In this document: piece after piece, positions 45,574 through 49,424 of the stretch
How the letters are laid out: each line of letters opens with the position of its first letter
Numbering within the stretch: the stretch's first letter is position 1
Origin: Bacilli bacterium
Lineage (GTDB): Bacteria > Bacillota_I > Bacilli_A > RFN20 > CAG-826
DNA length: 49,424 nucleotides
Reading direction: 5' to 3'
Assembly: GCA_028690575.1 (NCBI GenBank)
Contig: JAQVAY010000002.1
Span: 1 to 49,424, forward strand
Notes under the pieces: generated by a model
The model's database searches: none
Told to the model about the DNA's origin: nothing
Seen by the model: the letters and a program-made list of their open reading frames with translations, nothing else
Position numbers and translations under genes: made by a program

Positions 45574-46139
45574 AAAGAAAATCCGCGTGCTTTCCTTTCA
45601 GCATTAATTTTTGGCTCAATTTGGTGATGATAAGCTTTAATGCAATCAGCGATAATTTGTTTCGCGGCTTCGCGATCTTTGACTTCATCAATGGCGGTAT
45701 CTTTTCCTTCAAGAGTTTTGTAAACCGCAAAGAAGTGTTTGATTTCATCCATGATGTGATCAGGAATTTGGGAGATGTCCTTATATTGATTAAAGAAAGG
45801 ATCGTTCTTCGCAACAGCGATAATCTTTTCATCGGGTAAACCATTATCGACCATAATTAAAACTCCAATAGGAGAACATTCAACAAGAGACATAGGAAGA
45901 ATGGCTTCCGAACAAAGCACTAAAACATCAAGAGGATCGTAATCACGAGCATAAGTTCGCGGTATAAACCCATAATTTTGTGGGTAGTGGGTTGAGGTAA
46001 ATAAAACTCGATCAAGAATAAGATGGCCAGTTTCTTTATCTAATTCATATTTATTTTTGCTGCCTTTCGAAATTTCGATTAAGGCTAGGAAAGAATCAGG
46101 GGTGACTCTTGCCGCTTTTACATCATGCCAACAATGCAT
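45570..46139 (-). CDS. ppa: Inorganic pyrophosphatase, family I
   Basis: EISKGSKNKYELDKE, YPQNYGFIP, DPLDVLV and DEKIIAV. GGAGG RBS. Confidence 0.93.
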   Translation of the reverse strand: MHCWHDVKAARVTPDSFLALIEISKGSKNKYELDKETGHLILDRVLFTSTHYPQNYGFIPRTYARDYDPLDVLVLCSEAILPMSLVECSPIGVLIMVDNGLPDEKIIAVAKNDPFFNQYKDISQIPDHIMDEIKHFFAVYKTLEGKDTAIDEVKDREAAKQIIADCIKAYHHQIEPKINAERKARGFSL

Positions 46140-46169
46140 AATTAATCCTCCTGTAAGATACTACGAGTT

Positions 46170-46205
46170 ATTCTATCACAAAGATAAAAAATGAGGTATG
46201 TTTCT
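46170..46205 (-). promoter_or_regulatory. Candidate extended -10 promoter for ppa-trmL-lipoprotein
   Basis: On the minus strand there is TGaTAGAAT (the complement of 46170-46178), about 30 nt upstream of the ppa ATG. The -35 is weak. Confidence 0.3.
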
Positions 46206-46213
46206 CAGCTTTT

Positions 46214-46582
46214 TTACATCTTCTCAATTGTAGTTCCTAAAGGAAGTAACATCAAACGTCCAAATTTAAACATTTGTAATCCACAAGGAATAAATAGAAT
46301 CGTAACGCATAAAACAGCTCCCAAGATGTACATGGATAATGCTGCTTCCCAACCAAAGAAAATAGCCCATAAAATGTTCAAAACCATCTTGAAGCCACTT
46401 TCGGATGTAACTTTTGGCTCATAGCCAAATGGCCATAAAGCCAAACGGGCAAATTTAAAAAATTGGAGCCCAATGGGAATAAATAGAAGAGTAATGCAAA
46501 GCAAAACCCCTGTAATGAAGTAACTTAGAGCTAACCACCAACCAACAAAAATTGCCCAAAGTATATTGCCAAAAGTTTTCAT
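46214..46582 (-). CDS. yccF: YccF-family inner membrane protein (two DUF307 repeats)
   Basis: There is an internal duplication: NILWAIFVGWWLALSYFITGVLLCITLLFIPIGLQFFKFARLALWPFG and NILWAIFFGWEAALSMYILGAVLCVTILFIPCGLQMFKFGRLMLLPLG. Confidence 0.85.
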   Translation of the reverse strand: MKTFGNILWAIFVGWWLALSYFITGVLLCITLLFIPIGLQFFKFARLALWPFGYEPKVTSESGFKMVLNILWAIFFGWEAALSMYILGAVLCVTILFIPCGLQMFKFGRLMLLPLGTTIEKM

Positions 46583-46604
46583 AAATTTCTTCTTTCTCTA
46601 ATCA

Positions 46605-46640
46605 AATGAAAGCCCATCGCATAAAACAATGGGCTTATTG
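46605..46640 (-). terminator. Terminator-like hairpin downstream of preA
   Basis: AAGCCCAT (46610-46617) pairs with ATGGGCTT (46629-46636). On the minus strand the hairpin is followed by the T-rich TCATTTGATT. Confidence 0.5.
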
Positions 46641-46646
46641 AGATTT

Positions 46647-47918
46647 TTAGATTTTATCTACGTTATCTTGAAGAACAAGACGAGCTAGGTTTTTCGGTTT
46701 ACGTCCAGGTTTGAGAATTCTTTCACCTGGTTTAATCGCTCCGACAGGGCAGACAAGACCGCAGAGTAAACAGCCAACACATTTATCGTGATTACAGCTT
46801 GGACGGCGTGTCTCTTCGTCCCATTCAATTGCTTGGTGAGCACCATCGTAACAAGAAATATAGCATCTTCCACAGCCGACACATTTATCGCTGTTGATTT
46901 CCGGGAATACCTTGTAATCACGGTCAAGTTCCTCGGCAGGGATGAGATTCTTATTGGCCAAGCCAACCAAATCTTCAAGATGATCGACACCTTCTTGTTC
47001 CATATAATGAGCTAAGCCATTACACATGTCTTCAACGATGCGATACCCATATTGCATAATTCCGGTTGTGACTTGTAAATTCTTACAGCCGAGTAAGATA
47101 AATTCAGCGGCGTCCTCCCAAGTTTCAATTCCACCAATTCCGGAGATTTCCGCATCTTTGAGCTTTGGATGATTTCTCATCTGTTGAATAAAGCGCAAAG
47201 CGACTGGCTTAACAGCTTTGCCGGAATATCCCGAGATGGAAGATTTACCATTAATGATTGGTAAACCAACTTTTTTATCTAAATCGATGTTGATAATCGA
47301 TTTAATGGTGTTGATAGCAGAGATACCATCAGCTCCACCCTCTAAAGAAGCGATTGCTGGATCACACATATCAGTAATGTTTGGAGTCATTTTAGCCATA
47401 AATGGTAATTTAGTGGCACGACGAACCGCTGCGCAATATTTATGACATAATTCGGGGCTACTTCCCACATCAGATCCCATCGCATGAGAAGTCATTTGTG
47501 GGCAGGAGAAATTTAATTCAATCATGTCAGCACCAGCTTCAGTAACGAGGCGGGCTAACACTTCCCAGTCTTCTTCATTGCTTCCCATGATGGAGGCGAT
47601 GAGGACTTGATTGGGATAGTTTTTCTTTAACCGAGCAAGATCGGCGAGATTCTCTTCAAGAGAGTGCTCAGCGATTTGTTCCATGTTTTTGAAGCCAACA
47701 AATGGTTCGGCTTCCTTAGTTAAGGCATCAAAGCGAGGGGATACCTCATCGATGACATAGTGTTTTGGTCCGATTGTCTTGAAGACAACTCCGCCCCAAC
47801 CTGATTCATAAGCTTTAGCACACATGTCATAGCAGTTTCCAACTGGAGAAGAAGATAAACAGAAGGGGTTCGGGAATTTGACACCCATGAAGGTGATTGA
47901 CAAATCTTTATGTACCAT
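46647..47918 (-). CDS. preA: NAD-dependent dihydropyrimidine dehydrogenase, PreA subunit (DHOD-like barrel plus 2x[4Fe-4S])
   Basis: It has a DHOD/DPD FMN barrel (NFSCPQM, GGI) and two C-terminal ferredoxin motifs, [11 protein letters not shown] and [12 protein letters not shown]. Confidence 0.85.
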   Translation of the reverse strand: MVHKDLSITFMGVKFPNPFCLSSSPVGNCYDMCAKAYESGWGGVVFKTIGPKHYVIDEVSPRFDALTKEAEPFVGFKNMEQIAEHSLEENLADLARLKKNYPNQVLIASIMGSNEEDWEVLARLVTEAGADMIELNFSCPQMTSHAMGSDVGSSPELCHKYCAAVRRATKLPFMAKMTPNITDMCDPAIASLEGGADGISAINTIKSIINIDLDKKVGLPIINGKSSISGYSGKAVKPVALRFIQQMRNHPKLKDAEISGIGGIETWEDAAEFILLGCKNLQVTTGIMQYGYRIVEDMCNGLAHYMEQEGVDHLEDLVGLANKNLIPAEELDRDYKVFPEINSDKCVGCGRCYISCYDGAHQAIEWDEETRRPSCNHDKCVGCLLCGLVCPVGAIKPGERILKPGRKPKNLARLVLQDNVDKI

Positions 47919-47919
47919 A

Positions 47920-49149
47920 TTATTTACCTCTTACAAATTGTCTGACAGCGTAAGCGACTTCTTTACCAGTTCTCACACCCCATACAACAGTTTTTTCTCC
48001 GTGGGCAATATCTCCAGCGACGAAGATTTTGCTATTTTTAAGGTGATTACCTTCAAAGGTTACTTCACCGCGATTAATTTCCAAACCTAACCCTGTTGGA
48101 TCAACACATTGTCCAACAGCGAGAATAATTAAATCAGCCTTAATCTTTAATTCGCTTGGAATAATGCGATGTTTAAACTTCACAATTCCTCCGCGAGCTG
48201 TTCCGACAGGAATGTATCCATCAATGATGGTCACGCCTTGTTCTTGAGCCGATTTTAATTCTTTTTCACTGGCTCTAAATTCGTTAAATTGTTCGTAAAC
48301 AACATCGGTTACATGTGGGCAACCTAAAAGTTTTAAAGTTGTCACAGTATCCATTGCAACATCGCCACCACCGATGACGAGAACGTTCTCAGGAATTTTT
48401 ACCTTTCCTTTGCGTGATTTAACTTGTTTGAGCCAATCGACCGCTAATTTAACTTTGCGATTATTTTCAAACATCGGTAAGACTTTACCTTTGCATGAAC
48501 CAATAGAAATAACGACAGCATCATTTTCTTTTTCTAAATCCTCTAAAGAAACATCAACTCCAACACGCGTGTTGAGAGCAATATCTACTCCAAGGCGAAC
48601 GATGCGATTGATTTCCCGATCAACTACTGAATTCGATAAGCGGTATTCAGGGATTCCATAACGGAGGTACCCTCCAGCTTGAGCATCTTTTTCATAAATG
48701 GTAACTTTGAAACCTTCAAGAGCTAATTCCGCAGCAGCGGTTAATCCACCAGGGCCACTGCCAACGACAGCCACTTTTTTGCCGTTAAGAGGTTTTGGTT
48801 CCCAAATTTCCATTTTGGTTGCTGCTTCAAAATCGGTTATATACCTTTGAATACGGCCAATATCGATTGGTTTATCAATACCACTGCGTGAGCAGCCTTC
48901 TTGACAGTACCTCTCTGTTGGGCAAACACGAGCACAAATCGCTCCGAGAGCATTATTAATTCTAACCGTTTCAGCAGCGCCTTTGATATTTTTGAAGCGA
49001 ACTGAACGGATGAATTTGGCTGGATCTGTTCCAGCTGGACAATGTTGTGAACATGGAGCATCGAGGCATAGTAAGCAACGGGAGGCTTCTTCCATTACTA
49101 AACGTGGGCTATACCCTGCTTCATATTCTTCTTGGTATTTTTTAGACAT
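47920..49149 (-). CDS. preT: NAD-dependent dihydropyrimidine dehydrogenase, PreT subunit (GltD-like)
   Basis: It has N-terminal Fe-S Cys clusters ([29 protein letters not shown]) and Rossmann folds ([22 protein letters not shown]). The stop is 1 nt before the preA start. Confidence 0.85.
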   Translation of the reverse strand: MSKKYQEEYEAGYSPRLVMEEASRCLLCLDAPCSQHCPAGTDPAKFIRSVRFKNIKGAAETVRINNALGAICARVCPTERYCQEGCSRSGIDKPIDIGRIQRYITDFEAATKMEIWEPKPLNGKKVAVVGSGPGGLTAAAELALEGFKVTIYEKDAQAGGYLRYGIPEYRLSNSVVDREINRIVRLGVDIALNTRVGVDVSLEDLEKENDAVVISIGSCKGKVLPMFENNRKVKLAVDWLKQVKSRKGKVKIPENVLVIGGGDVAMDTVTTLKLLGCPHVTDVVYEQFNEFRASEKELKSAQEQGVTIIDGYIPVGTARGGIVKFKHRIIPSELKIKADLIILAVGQCVDPTGLGLEINRGEVTFEGNHLKNSKIFVAGDIAHGEKTVVWGVRTGKEVAYAVRQFVRGK

Positions 49150-49188
49150 TTTTGTCTCCTCTCCAAGTTAAGAACAACCTTTAGTGTT

Positions 49189-49216
49189 ATTTTATCAAAG
49201 ATACACGTATTGTGAA
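49189..49216 (-). promoter_or_regulatory. Candidate promoter of preT-preA
   Basis: On the minus strand there is TTCACA (complement of 49211-49216), a 16-nt spacer, then TGaTAAAAT (TAAAAT is the complement of 49189-49194). Confidence 0.4.
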
Positions 49217-49269
49217 TATATTTTTGTTGAGTTTGTTTCTTTGAAACGATCTATTACAAATAAATTAAG

Positions 49270-49302
49270 AAAAAATGAATCGGTTTTGCAAGATTCATTT
49301 TT
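49270..49302 (-). terminator. Rho-independent terminator of the partial minus-strand gene at the right edge
   Basis: AATGAATC (49274-49281) pairs with GATTCATT (49292-49299). On the minus strand the hairpin is followed by TTTTTT. Confidence 0.65.
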
Positions 49303-49325
49303 CATTTGAACGAAGAATTAAATAG

Positions 49326-49424
49326 TTAATTCATCACATCATCTTCTGTAAATATTAAGCCCTTGATTTCGTCTTTCTTTTTTCGGGAGAAGAGTTTATT
49401 AATGGTTTGAGAAACATCTAATTT
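49326..49424 (-). CDS. 3' end of an unidentified CDS entering from the right edge (partial)
   Basis: The minus-strand frame reads KLDVSQTINKLFSRKKKDEIKGLIFTEDDVMN and stops at TAA (complement of 49326-49328), followed by the terminator. It is too short to name. Confidence 0.35.
   Translation of the reverse strand, partial: KLDVSQTINKLFSRKKKDEIKGLIFTEDDVMN

Noticed and set aside
45416-45844. 142-aa minus-strand ORF overlapping the trmL/ppa junction in another frame.
   Set aside because: It overlaps two clearly conserved genes out of frame. Its K/L/S-rich translation has no motifs. It is a shadow ORF.
1-49424. Alternative genetic code (TGA=Trp, as in Mycoplasma or Spiroplasma), given the Mollicutes-like traits.
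   Set aside because: Full-length housekeeping ORFs are obtained with the standard code. Trp positions are TGG, and TGA terminates genes such as dnaI and rqcH at sensible lengths.
1-49424. A search for CRISPR repeats, IS or transposase ends, integrases, tRNA/rRNA genes, toxin-antitoxin pairs and defence islands.
   Set aside because: No periodic direct repeats are apparent by eye, there are no recombinase-like ORFs, and no intergenic region longer than about 400 bp is left unexplained. All sizeable ORFs have housekeeping assignments. I cannot exclude short repeats that only a computational self-alignment would reveal.

Overview
This AT-rich 49.4-kb window uses the standard genetic code: TGA acts as a stop and Trp is TGG. 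It is densely packed with about 45 housekeeping CDS. I saw no rRNA, tRNA, CRISPR array, transposase, integrase, phage gene or recognisable defence or toxin module.

Gene content and order closely follow two Bacillus subtilis chromosomal neighbourhoods:
- The 'yt' block: ackA, nrnA, dnaE, polA, mutM, coaE, dnaB-dnaI, pfkA, thrS, infC-rpmI-rplT, thiI-nifZ-ezrA, rpsD, ytpR, trmB, pepV, leuS, glgCDA.
- The 'ylo' block: rpmB, rpe, rsgA, prkC, prpC, rlmN, rsmB, priA, gmk, rqcH.

Several traits suggest, by inference only, a streamlined low-GC Bacillota or Mollicutes-like lineage. These are a PASTA-less PrkC, a family I pyrophosphatase, no T-box leaders on leuS or thrS, and many 1-14 nt start/stop overlaps.

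This is a core-genome window, not an accessory island, and I do not see a convincing new multi-gene system. The observations most worth a second look are:
- an in-frame Fpg(MutM)-CoaE fusion whose junction sits on an A7 tract;
- an RsmB homologue that has lost its SAM loop and both catalytic cysteines;
- a DUF1904-like protein with an acidic tail in the slot where def-fmt normally sits;
- a DnaI loader with a Walker-A Lys-to-Arg change;
- a DnaA-box cluster in the dnaB/pfkA divergent intergenic region;
- leuS joined directly to the end of glgCDA;
- probable non-AUG or leaderless starts at infC, dnaE and rqcH.
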